A stretch of 64,000 nt of DNA from the NCBI GenBank assembly GCA_965203305.1, contig OZ241874.1:2865687-2929686 (forward strand), given 5' to 3'. Both the position numbers and the translations under genes were made by a program. This DNA is from Rhodothermales bacterium (GTDB lineage Bacteria > Bacteroidota > Rhodothermia > Rhodothermales > Bin80). The number at the start of each line of letters is the position of its first letter. The first letter of the stretch is position 1. Shown piece after piece: positions 9,382 through 17,882 of this stretch. Below the pieces are notes generated by a model. That model had not been told where the DNA came from. It did not search any database and was given only the letters and a program-made list of their open reading frames with translations.

Positions 9382-9405
9382 TCACGAGGGTCTCATTTCT
9401 GAACT

Positions 9406-10092
9406 TCACACCGCAAGGCGTTTTTGTTCCACTGCTCCTTTGATCATTTGAAGGAAGTGATCAACCCCCAGCTTTGTTTCCAGTTTACGGAAATTCTCAT
9501 CTGACACCTCGGGCAAGTCCTCCTTCCTGCACTGCCGCAACACTTTCCCCTTGTGCTGGTCCAGCATAAATATTGCCAGACACTGAGCATCTGGAATATG
9601 GGGCTGTCCATGATCTTCCACCAGCTTTGCATACAGCTCAATCGCATGATTGTCTACTGCTTCCATCTTGCCAACTGCTCCGCCCTTCTTCAAATAGGGA
9701 TTAGGATGAAGACGGAGCAAGATATGTCCAAACGCGATATTCTCGTTCCGTAAATTCGCTGTTTCGCCCAGCTGTTGCTCAAAGTAGTTGTTCTTGTTCT
9801 GCCGGTAGTTTGTCATCACAAATTTGATGCTGACAACCCCCAGCATTGTGTCACCTCGGGAAATGGCGACATCCACACTCTTTGTATAATAATGCCCCTT
9901 TGCTTTCTTCTCTTCCCCGCCCTCTGTCGAAAGCCCCTGTATTGTGTAGGCATTGCCAAGGACCTGCTTAAGCTCTCTGATCACCCACCCGCGGAGAATC
10001 TTGAGCTTTTTGTTATACCGTGGATGTGTCTCCACATACGCCTGGTACGCTTCCTGTACCGCTCGCAGGAATCTGTCTTGCAGGGGAGTCAT
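9406..10092 (-). CDS. Putative type II restriction endonuclease (PD-(D/E)XK-like)
   Basis: Its ATG overlaps the methylase stop (ATGA at 10089-10092), which indicates translational coupling with the methylase. It has a candidate PD-(D/E)XK core (SVDVAISRGDTMLGVVSIKF) but no other recognisable family motif, so the function is inferred mainly from context. Confidence 0.5.
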   Translation of the reverse strand: MTPLQDRFLRAVQEAYQAYVETHPRYNKKLKILRGWVIRELKQVLGNAYTIQGLSTEGGEEKKAKGHYYTKSVDVAISRGDTMLGVVSIKFVMTNYRQNKNNYFEQQLGETANLRNENIAFGHILLRLHPNPYLKKGGAVGKMEAVDNHAIELYAKLVEDHGQPHIPDAQCLAIFMLDQHKGKVLRQCRKEDLPEVSDENFRKLETKLGVDHFLQMIKGAVEQKRLAV

Positions 10093-11584
10093 TGTTCGAG
10101 GGTATATTTCTGAGAAGGGAGGGGGAAATTCTGAATGTAGCGCTTGGCGTAAGAAAACCATCCGCCCTGAAACGGTTGTGCGTAGGTGCGGATGTGTTCC
10201 TCCATTTCAGGACTGTTCAGGGCCGCTACGAGCATCTCCATGCAGTGTCCGTCCCTGGGCTTGATACAATAGCCGGAATAGAACAGCGTATCGGGATCCT
10301 TGCACATCTGAAAGTTCGGGGAGGGATTCATCCCCGAGGTCAGAATCTTCTGTCCGAATCCAGTGCGGATCCCCACTCCTCGGCCATATCCATACCACTT
10401 GGATGGATCCGTTGCTCCCTTGTCCCTTTGGAGGAGCTTTTCCTTATGTTCAAGGAGCCACTGGTATGCCTTGGGAAATCGCTGAGCAAGGGAGGATTCC
10501 GGGAGCAGCTTCCCCGCCTTGTCATAGGGATAGATAATCACGCGATTGACACGGTCCTTCCCATCCTTCATTACCGAGGCCTTAAGTATCTTTCGCACCG
10601 CACTTCGTTCAATCACGAATTCTCTGCCTGCTGCCTTCACGATAATCTCTTTCTGCTTCCACATTACCGCCTCAAGAATAAACACGCGGTCCGCCAATGT
10701 CTGAATCCCGACATGGATGTCGGCAATATCGGACAGACGGGGGGCTGATATTTCCTGTGCAGCATCCCGTGCACATACGGCCCACTGCGGGGATGAGCAG
10801 GCTAGCATCCCAGCCTCCTCAAATCCAGCTTCCCCCCATTGATATACGCGGGGGACGATATCCTTTTTCCCCTTGGCAATCCGGGTAAGACATGTGTATG
10901 TGCTGTATCCGGGAAAGACCTGATGGTCGCGGAAGTCGTGCAGGGATACAATACCATGGTGCTGGGCAAGGTCCTGCCTCATCGGGAGGCCGGCATCATT
11001 TCGCAGCCACCCGCTCGGGGAAATGTAAAGCAGTTCTCCCTGCTGCTTCAGCAGGCGGAGTCCCAGCTCAAAAAAATAATGTACAGATCACTTGCCCCAC
11101 GGAAATATGCCCATCCCCCCTGCTTCACTTGCTCCCGCCGGTGTTTCTCCATGTGCTGAATACGAACATATGGCGGATTCCCGACAACACAGTCACATAT
11201 ACCTTCGTCCTGCTCCCACAGGGAAAGGGCATCGCCTTCCAGTATCCGCCAGGAACATGTGGGGAATGTGCCCCCGAGATACTTCTCGGCGACAAGGGAA
11301 AGCCTCTTGCGACATTCGGAGACAGCACGCGTATCCACATCGTATCCCGTCAGGTTCTGCAGAGTAGACAGATACAGTTTCTTTTGGTATAGGGATGCCC
11401 GCGAGGCTCTCTGGCACACCTCACTGGCCAAAGGCACCAGAAAATCGCCGGTACCGCAGGCAGGATCACAGATCCTGACATTCCTGAGAGAGCCTGCAAA
11501 CACGGGGGCAAGGAGTTGCTCCACGATCCAGCCTGGGGTATAGACCCGCCCGAAGTACTTCGTTGTATCGGTCGCGTGCTCCAT
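10089..11584 (-). pseudogene. N6-adenine DNA methyltransferase (TaqI/Eco57I-like, gamma class), split by a frameshift in an A7/T7 homopolymer
   Basis: The N-terminal frame (11584-11048) has motif I DPACGTGDFL and motif IV NPPYV. It stops 7 codons after the T7 run. Adding one T at 11070-11076 reads ..DLYIIFFELGLRLLKQQGELLYISPSGWLRNDAG.., which is the expected continuation, into the 10982-10089 frame (TaqI_C-like target-recognition domain). Confidence 0.8.
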
Positions 11585-11599
11585 GGATCCTTGCTATTT

Positions 11600-11760
11600 G
11601 GGGCTTATATACCTGAGTGCCCATAGACTATTTGTCTTGGTCCCAGTCTCGTTGACGGGTCATCAGGGAACCCAACGGTTCACCCCTCGCACATCCAGAA
11701 GCCCCAACCCCGGAGGCCAGTATGTTCGCGGCAGCGTTGATGTCCGCGTGTTCCGCATGT
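11600..11760 (-). ncRNA. Putative omega-RNA (reRNA) scaffold region of tnpB element 1
   Basis: In characterised TnpB systems the guide RNA comes from the tnpB 3' end plus the right element end. Here nucleotide blocks are shared with element 2, and one of them is translated in a different frame in the two copies (see findings). The boundaries are guesses. Confidence 0.35.
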
Positions 11761-12902
11761 CCACAGGACATACACTTGAATTTGCGCAGGGAAGCGCGAT
11801 TGCCCGCGTCCCTGTGTCCGCACCGGCTACAGTTCTGGCTCGTGTACGCGGCCACCACAGAGAGAACGAGAACGCACTTGTACCCCAGCATCTGCACCAG
11901 CTGTCCCGGCGCACCTTCCAGCAGAACCCGGTTCATCCCCGCTTTCGCTTTGACATTCTTGCCCGGATTCTCTGTCGTCCCACGGGCCAAGGCGGTCATG
12001 CTTTTCACCTTCAGGTTCTCCACCACCACTACAGGGGCTGCCTTCGCGATTTTCGCACTGTTCTGGTGATTGCGGTTATGACTGAAGTTTGCCAGATAGG
12101 TGCTGCACTTCTGGATCTTGCCCTGTGTCTTCTTCGCCCGGTTCGACATCTTTTTCCGACCGGCCGCTTTCTGCCGGGCAATCTGCTTCGCCAGCTTCCG
12201 CTCATACCTGCATTTGCGCAATCGCACCCGCTTGTCCGCCTCACTCTCCAGCACTTCAGGGTCCCTGCCGTCACTGCAGGCCACGGCGATCATGCCACTG
12301 GCGTTCCGGTCAATTCCCGCCACCACGCCGGTATCTTCTATGAGCACCTCGTCTATCTCGTATGTGATGGTGGCCCACCACTTCCCGCCTTTCCTGTATA
12401 CCGTGATGTCTTTCGTGATTCCCTCCGGGTACGGGTTGCCCCCTTTCCTGCGGAGGATTACCGTGCACATCTCCTTTCCCTTGATCGTCAGCTGGTTCCC
12501 CCTCAACGTGTACCCCGTTTTGTCCGGGATGGTGAAGGACGGCTTGGTCCGGTCTCTGCTGTGAAAGCGGGGAGGCTCCGAAAGCCCCTTGTCGTACCTG
12601 CCCCATGCGTCTGCCTGGTACTTGAATACATACCGTACCGTGGCATACTGGTAGTGTTTCAGCCACGGATACTTTTTCTTCAGGATCCGCATGTACTCGC
12701 TCCCGGTACTGAAGAAGGTGGTGGACGGTCCGTTCTCCCCTCGCTCCCGTGCCTCCTGTTTTCGCTGGAGGGTAATGGCGAGACCTTCGTTCCACATCTT
12801 CCTCCAGACCCCTGCCAGCCGCGCCAGTTTCCGGGCTTTGGTGCCCGATCCCGGCAGGATGCGGTAGGTGATCCTACGGTAGGTCTTGCCTGCCTTTGCC
12901 AT
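11628..12902 (-). CDS. tnpB: TnpB (IS200/IS605-family OrfB, RNA-guided RuvC endonuclease family)
   Basis: RuvC-I GIDRN, RuvC-II VVVENLKVKSM, zinc finger CSRCGH..CMSCGH, and RuvC-III HADINAAANI are all present. 424 aa, apparently intact. Confidence 0.9.
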   Translation of the reverse strand: MAKAGKTYRRITYRILPGSGTKARKLARLAGVWRKMWNEGLAITLQRKQEARERGENGPSTTFFSTGSEYMRILKKKYPWLKHYQYATVRYVFKYQADAWGRYDKGLSEPPRFHSRDRTKPSFTIPDKTGYTLRGNQLTIKGKEMCTVILRRKGGNPYPEGITKDITVYRKGGKWWATITYEIDEVLIEDTGVVAGIDRNASGMIAVACSDGRDPEVLESEADKRVRLRKCRYERKLAKQIARQKAAGRKKMSNRAKKTQGKIQKCSTYLANFSHNRNHQNSAKIAKAAPVVVVENLKVKSMTALARGTTENPGKNVKAKAGMNRVLLEGAPGQLVQMLGYKCVLVLSVVAAYTSQNCSRCGHRDAGNRASLRKFKCMSCGHAEHADINAAANILASGVGASGCARGEPLGSLMTRQRDWDQDK

Positions 12903-13118
12903 GGTGTCTGTCAGTGTTCTCTTCCAACCTGCGGGACATAAAATGGTTCACTTCTCATGGGCCCTTAGGTATATAAGCCCCTGCTATTTCCTGGAACTTA
13001 TAAAGGAAACTCTACCGCGAGAATTCATGCGGCAGTCTTTCTCTCTGTCAATGGAACGTATACTCGGCCCATGTTGACATGGACATTCCGATATACAAGT
13101 CCCCAACAAAATCCGGAC

Positions 13119-13454
13119 TTACAATGCCGCCTTCGCTGCGTCCAGATCATCATAGATCTGGATGATCTGCCCGAACCCGCTGATCTCAAATACTTCCTTC
13201 ACTGCATTGGACAGACCGCAAATGGAAAAGCGTCTGGATTGGCGGAACAGTTTGGCCAGCTCAAGGACGACCCTGAGACCTGCACTGCTAATGTATTCGA
13301 GCCGGCTGAAATCAAGGATCAGTGCACGATCCGTTTCCACAAGTTCGCCAGTAATTGTCTCCTTGAAAGACAGCGCATTACGGCTGTCAACCCGCCCGAT
13401 CAGGGTGGAGGTTCGGATACCATCCTCAAATTCCCAGGTTATGTTTAGACTCAT
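13119..13454 (-). CDS. STAS-domain anti-sigma-factor antagonist (SpoIIAA-like)
   Basis: Length ~111 aa with the pattern LIGRVDS..A..F...I......ALILDFSRLEYISSAGLRVVLEL..........ICGLS..VKEVFEISGF. Confidence 0.8.
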   Translation of the reverse strand: MSLNITWEFEDGIRTSTLIGRVDSRNALSFKETITGELVETDRALILDFSRLEYISSAGLRVVLELAKLFRQSRRFSICGLSNAVKEVFEISGFGQIIQIYDDLDAAKAAL

Positions 13455-13630
13455 CTGCAGATTCTGCTTGAAAGGTTTAAGCACAAAAATATCCGGCCAG
13501 CATCAGACTGACATTGATGCATGCCAAGATACTGTATTTTATTCATTCAGTTCTTGAACCCTCCGAGCAGAGACTTGTTGCATTGGAATACACTTGATAC
13601 AGTCATCGCACATTGGATTCATAGAGATTT

Positions 13631-15421
13631 ATGTCCAAATCTCCATATCTGGTCACAGCACGCAAGTATCGTCCACAGCGTTTTTCGGAGCTCATCGCAC
13701 AAGAACATGTGGAACAGGGGCTCAAAAATGCCCTCCGTCTGGGACGAATTGCACATGCCTACCTCTTCACAGGCCCCCGTGGAGTAGGGAAAACAACCGC
13801 CGCCAGAATCCTGGCAAAAGCAATTAACTGTACCGGCAATCAGGATGGCGAGGTGGAGCCCTGCCTGCGCTGTCCTTCCTGTGATGATTTTGAGACGCAG
13901 CGGAGTCTGAGCATCTTTGAAATTGATGCAGCCTCCAATAACAAAGTGGAGGATATTCGGGAACTGCGAGAGAATGTTCGGATTCCTCCACAAGAAGGCC
14001 GCCGCAAGGTCTATATCGTAGACGAAGTCCATATGCTCAGCAATGCGGCGTTTAATGCACTCCTGAAAACTCTGGAAGAGCCTCCCCCGCATGTGCTGTT
14101 CATTTTTGCGACGACGGAACCGCACAAGGTTCTTCCAACGATCCTCTCCCGATGCCAGCGTTTTGATTTTCGACGGATCCCCGCAGGCGAGATTGTTACC
14201 CATCTGGCCACAATTTGCAAACATGAAGGGATCAGAGCGGATGATGATGCCCTCCATCTGATTGCACACAAGGGAGACGGAGCATTGCGGGATGCGCTGA
14301 GTGTCTTTGATCAGGCTGTCGCTCTTTGCGGATCCGATTTGCAGTATTCCATACTGACCAGTGCACTGCGTGTCGTGGATGCAGACCTGTATTTTGAGGC
14401 AACCCGCTACATTGCAGACCGCGCAACAGGCCCCATCCTCCGTCTTGCCGAGAAAGTTGTATCCGGCGGATATGACATTAGAGAATTTCTGGATGGACTG
14501 GCAGAACACACACGCAATCTTCTGGTGGCGAGTACGCTTGGGGCAGATGCAATGGTTGACATAAGCGGGAACCTTAGGGAACGGTATGCCGAATCTGCCA
14601 GGACATTTACGGAAACAACCCTGCTCCGCCTGCTGATGGTCATGGACGAGACACAGGCCAGGCTTCCTCTGTCCTCTGCCCCCCGGCTGACACTCGAGCT
14701 TGCACTCGTCAAAATGACGCGCATGGCAGACAGTGTTGACCTGTCGGAGGCCCTGAAGCAGATTCAGGGGCTGAAGCAAAGCGCGAATGGAGTGCCGCGG
14801 CAACCACACGAAACCCAGACGGATGCCAGGACCAGAACGGCACCTGCACCACCTGTACACACTCCGCCCGAGCAGAAAAACACTTCTGATACGGAGACAG
14901 CTGCCAGGCAGCCTAGGCCCGGCATTGGTGCTACCGCCCTTGGCGGCAAGCCGGCCCTGACACCACGAAGGGGAAAAACAAATGCCCCTGTGCATACGGG
15001 AACAGCGGTACAGAATCACCAGTCCAGAACCACAGAACCTGTCCAGACCGGAACCAGCCTGCAGGAGAACTGGAACCGCATACTGGCAAGAATTGAACAA
15101 CACAGGGAGGTGCAGGGAAGCGGTACGCTGAGAAACTCCAAGGCCATGAGAATCCATGAGCAGGTTCTGGAAATTGCCGTCCCCAACACAATCGTGAAAA
15201 TGGTCACACAGAATCATGCAATGAGAAGCCTGATCAAGGGAACGATGCAGATCATTCCAGAGTTTGCTCACCTGCTTGTACAGTTCATTGTCCGACCAGA
15301 CCTGTTCCCCGAATTGGAAATAACCCCGGATGCCGAGTTTCAGAAACTCAAGGAAAACTCTCCTGTAGTTCAGCAACTTGATGCAGCCTTCAGACTTCGC
15401 ATGGCTAATCCCCCTGCCTGA
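13631..15421 (+). CDS. dnaX: DNA polymerase III subunit gamma/tau
   Basis: ARKYRPQRFSELIAQEHV, Walker A GPRGVGKTT, zinc module CLRCPSCDDF, and box VYIVDEVHMLS. Confidence 0.95.
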   Translation: MSKSPYLVTARKYRPQRFSELIAQEHVEQGLKNALRLGRIAHAYLFTGPRGVGKTTAARILAKAINCTGNQDGEVEPCLRCPSCDDFETQRSLSIFEIDAASNNKVEDIRELRENVRIPPQEGRRKVYIVDEVHMLSNAAFNALLKTLEEPPPHVLFIFATTEPHKVLPTILSRCQRFDFRRIPAGEIVTHLATICKHEGIRADDDALHLIAHKGDGALRDALSVFDQAVALCGSDLQYSILTSALRVVDADLYFEATRYIADRATGPILRLAEKVVSGGYDIREFLDGLAEHTRNLLVASTLGADAMVDISGNLRERYAESARTFTETTLLRLLMVMDETQARLPLSSAPRLTLELALVKMTRMADSVDLSEALKQIQGLKQSANGVPRQPHETQTDARTRTAPAPPVHTPPEQKNTSDTETAARQPRPGIGATALGGKPALTPRRGKTNAPVHTGTAVQNHQSRTTEPVQTGTSLQENWNRILARIEQHREVQGSGTLRNSKAMRIHEQVLEIAVPNTIVKMVTQNHAMRSLIKGTMQIIPEFAHLLVQFIVRPDLFPELEITPDAEFQKLKENSPVVQQLDAAFRLRMANPPA

Positions 15422-15443
15422 CCAAACAACCAAACTGAGAATT

Positions 15444-15764
15444 ATGCTTGATACAATCAAACGGGTCGCCGAAATAAAAAACTCCCTTGTCAAAGCGCAG
15501 GAGATGCTGCAACGGATTACCGCCACGGCAGAAGTCGGCGGAGGCATGGTGAAAGTAACGGCTAACGGAAACCATCAAATCATCAAGATTGAGATGGATC
15601 CCGAAATTGTTGACAAAAGCGACATGACAATGCTGCAAGACCTGATTGTTGCCGGAGTCAACAAGGCACTGCAGGAGGCTGCCGAAGCCGGGGAGAAGGA
15701 ACTGCGTAATCACACCCGAAGCTTCTTGCCCAAGGACATAGACTTGTCCGAAATAGGTCTCTGA
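15444..15764 (+). CDS. ybaB: Nucleoid-associated protein YbaB/EbfC
   Basis: Canonical dnaX-ybaB-recR order. GGGMVKVTANGNHQIIKIEMDPEIV..D..MLQDLIVAGVNKAL. Start placed at MLDTIKR. Confidence 0.9.
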   Translation: MLDTIKRVAEIKNSLVKAQEMLQRITATAEVGGGMVKVTANGNHQIIKIEMDPEIVDKSDMTMLQDLIVAGVNKALQEAAEAGEKELRNHTRSFLPKDIDLSEIGL

Positions 15765-15767
15765 TCC

Positions 15768-16403
15768 ATGCAGTTTTCCTCGGAGTCTGTGGAAAACTTG
15801 ATTGAACAGTTTTCCAAACTCCCTACGATTGGACGCAAAAGTGCACAGCGCCTCGCTGCGCATGTTCTCAAAATGCCGGAAACAGAAGTATCACGGCTGG
15901 CAAATGCGCTCATAGAAGCCAAAGAGCGCGTACGGGAGTGCAGCATATGCTGGAATGTGACCGACACGGAAATTTGTATTATCTGCAACTCAACCAAACG
16001 GGATACTGGTATGGTTTGCGTTGTGCAGGATGCAGAGGATATTGTTGTTCTGGAGCGCACCGGCGAGTATCGCGGGACTTACCATGTTTTGGGAGGGGTG
16101 ATCTCCCCACTGGATGGAGTTGGCCCGGATGATCTTCATATTCGTCCGCTATTAGAACGTGTTCGTGCACCTGATTCGAAGATTACTGAAGTCATTCTTG
16201 CAGTGAGTCCCACGGTAGAAGGAGAAACGACCGCACTTTATCTGGCCCAGGAGCTGGAGATTTTTTCAGTAAAAATCACACGCCTGGCACGCGGAATCCC
16301 CGTTGGCATTACTCTGACCTATGCAGACGAGGCCACTCTGTCGCGTGCGATTGCCGGACGGGATATCATCTCACAACCTCAAGAGGAGAAGACAGAAGGT
16401 TGA
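15768..16403 (+). CDS. recR: Recombination protein RecR
   Basis: [13 protein letters not shown] helix-hairpin-helix, C4 zinc finger CSICWNV..CIIC, and Toprim [28 protein letters not shown]. Confidence 0.95.
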   Translation: MQFSSESVENLIEQFSKLPTIGRKSAQRLAAHVLKMPETEVSRLANALIEAKERVRECSICWNVTDTEICIICNSTKRDTGMVCVVQDAEDIVVLERTGEYRGTYHVLGGVISPLDGVGPDDLHIRPLLERVRAPDSKITEVILAVSPTVEGETTALYLAQELEIFSVKITRLARGIPVGITLTYADEATLSRAIAGRDIISQPQEEKTEG

Positions 16404-16633
16404 CGGCGGTCCTGTCCTGCGGAGGCATCACCAGAACAGCCCCTGGCATGGATCAGGGAAGAACAATACAAATCTGTGAACAGCCGCTGTCAGAGATCTT
16501 CGTGCCACTGAGATGCATCTGGGGAGCCAGCCAAACACCCGGACCATCAAGAGAAAATTTGCTGAACTGAGGGACACATGCGTCTCTGAGAAGTCAGGGT
16601 GCAGTCCGTGAACGGTCTGGGTTCGTGCAGGTA

Positions 16634-17278
16634 CTACCGTGTGCCGTACGCTTGCAGCACCGTTCCGCTCAGTGCCCTGGCAGGTTCAGAGCACAGCCGC
16701 ATGGCCATCTGTACCAAATCGTCCGCATGAACCCCCGGGGCATCTGTATCCCGATAATGGATGACGGATGGAGCAAGCGCACAGACATTCAGAGCTGGAT
16801 ATTCCGCGGCAACAGCTTCCACCAGACGAAGCAGCCCTGCCTTGCTTGCCGCATAGGCACCTCCACGGGCACCCGCCGCCTCAAGACCCGAGCGAGCGCA
16901 GATTCCGATGATCGTTCCCCCGGCCGCCATGTGCCGGACCGCCTCGCGAAAACACAGAAACGCCGTCGTAAGATTGACCCGCATCATGCGCTCCCAGTCT
17001 TTGAGGCCTGTCTCCAGAAGAGGCCATTCATTCCACATTCCAACTGCATGGACCAGAACATCCACACGGCCCCGCTCACGCTGAACCTTTGCAAACGCTT
17101 CTGCAACCTCTGTCTCGCTGGACAAGTCCAGTATCAAATCTTCCGTCCCTTCATTGCCCGCCGTAATTACATGCGCCCCTGCCTCTGTAAATCCTGTGCA
17201 CAACCCCTGTCCCAGTCGTCCGCCCCCGCCAGTTACAATTACGACCTTGCCCTGCAAAAACGAACAATTAGACATCAT
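16634..17278 (-). CDS. SDR-family oxidoreductase
   Basis: Rossmann motif VVIVTGGGGRLGQ and catalytic YAASKAG. Confidence 0.8.
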   Translation of the reverse strand: MMSNCSFLQGKVVIVTGGGGRLGQGLCTGFTEAGAHVITAGNEGTEDLILDLSSETEVAEAFAKVQRERGRVDVLVHAVGMWNEWPLLETGLKDWERMMRVNLTTAFLCFREAVRHMAAGGTIIGICARSGLEAAGARGGAYAASKAGLLRLVEAVAAEYPALNVCALAPSVIHYRDTDAPGVHADDLVQMAMRLCSEPARALSGTVLQAYGTR

Positions 17279-17751
17279 TCTGCATCCTCGTGTGGTTCAG
17301 GTTTTGCGTCCGCAGAGGTGTGATCATGTATGATTCGCCAGCCATCCCTGGTGCGCTCTGCAATCAGGGTAAACAGCCCCGAAGGTCTGTCCCCGTCACG
17401 TTCCAGCATGTACGCGCCAAAAATCATCGCATGACGAGAACCCAACATGCGGATTTCCCGAAGATCAAAGGAAAGAACACCCATGGACTGACGGTCAGGG
17501 TACGACGCGGAGTATCGCTCCAGAGTGGGCTGCCAGCCCCGGACTTCTCCTCCTGAACCTACAAAGCGGAGACTGTCACTGTTCAGATACCCCTGCATAA
17601 ACGTTTTTATGTCTCCGGCATTCCATGCGTTCTGCTGTTCCTGCAGAACATTGCGGATTTCCTGTTCCTGCGAAATCGTGGTACAACCTGCGATCAAGGC
17701 TGGAAGGAAAATGAACCCTGGAAAGAATGCTGATCTGAACATGGTGATCAT
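17275..17751 (-). CDS. SnoaL/DUF4440-like (NTF2-fold) lipoprotein
   Basis: Lipobox LIAGC. Pattern Q..AWNAGD...F...Y......F......V.G........Y ... DGWRIIHDHTS is typical of DUF4440. There is a 4-nt overlap with the SDR gene. Confidence 0.6.
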   Translation of the reverse strand: MITMFRSAFFPGFIFLPALIAGCTTISQEQEIRNVLQEQQNAWNAGDIKTFMQGYLNSDSLRFVGSGGEVRGWQPTLERYSASYPDRQSMGVLSFDLREIRMLGSRHAMIFGAYMLERDGDRPSGLFTLIAERTRDGWRIIHDHTSADAKPEPHEDAE

Positions 17752-17882
17752 GATTGCGTTGCAACGCCCAAGCCGCTGAGTGTTTTCAACCTGTTAAAAA
17801 GAGGTTCTGTCTATCTGCATTTACTGATACGAGCACAAGTGTCCACGAACAACAGAGCAAGCATGGCTCGTCAGCAGGATAT

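Larger units (their letters stand above)
11600..12981 (-). mobile_element. tnpB-only element 1 (1382 bp) with 25-bp terminal inverted repeats and an 8-bp target duplication
   Basis: Terminus 11600-11624 is GGGGCTTATATACCTGAGTGCCCAT. The reverse complement of 12957-12981 is GGGGCTTATATACCTAAGGGCCCAT (23/25). The direct repeat TGCTATTT sits at 11592-11599 and 12982-12989. The single gene is tnpB and there is no tnpA. Confidence 0.8.

Noticed and set aside
11583-12941. 452-aa plus-strand ORF covering tnpB element 1. A similar 303-aa ORF sits at 39134-40045 over element 2.
   Set aside because: It is antisense to a well-supported tnpB gene. The translation is Arg/Pro/Leu/His-rich low complexity with no motif. 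It is a shadow ORF.
13056-13069. Palindrome CCATGTCAACATGG upstream of the displaced R-M operon, considered as a controller-protein operator
   Set aside because: It has only 6-bp arms, there is no controller (C) protein gene in the locus, and it is easily a chance occurrence.
13485-13630. Looked for an SRP (4.5S) RNA upstream of dnaX, where it sits in many bacteria
   Set aside because: I saw no GGAA/AGCA-type conserved SRP domain IV motif and no extended hairpin in this 146-bp spacer.
13631-15421. Looked for a programmed frameshift or slippage site in dnaX (A AAA AAG type or a long A-run)
   Set aside because: Only A5 runs are present (near 14873 and 14974). There is no heptanucleotide slippery site.
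13619-15547. 642-aa minus-strand ORF
   Set aside because: It is antisense to dnaX, which has unmistakable motifs. The composition is not protein-like.
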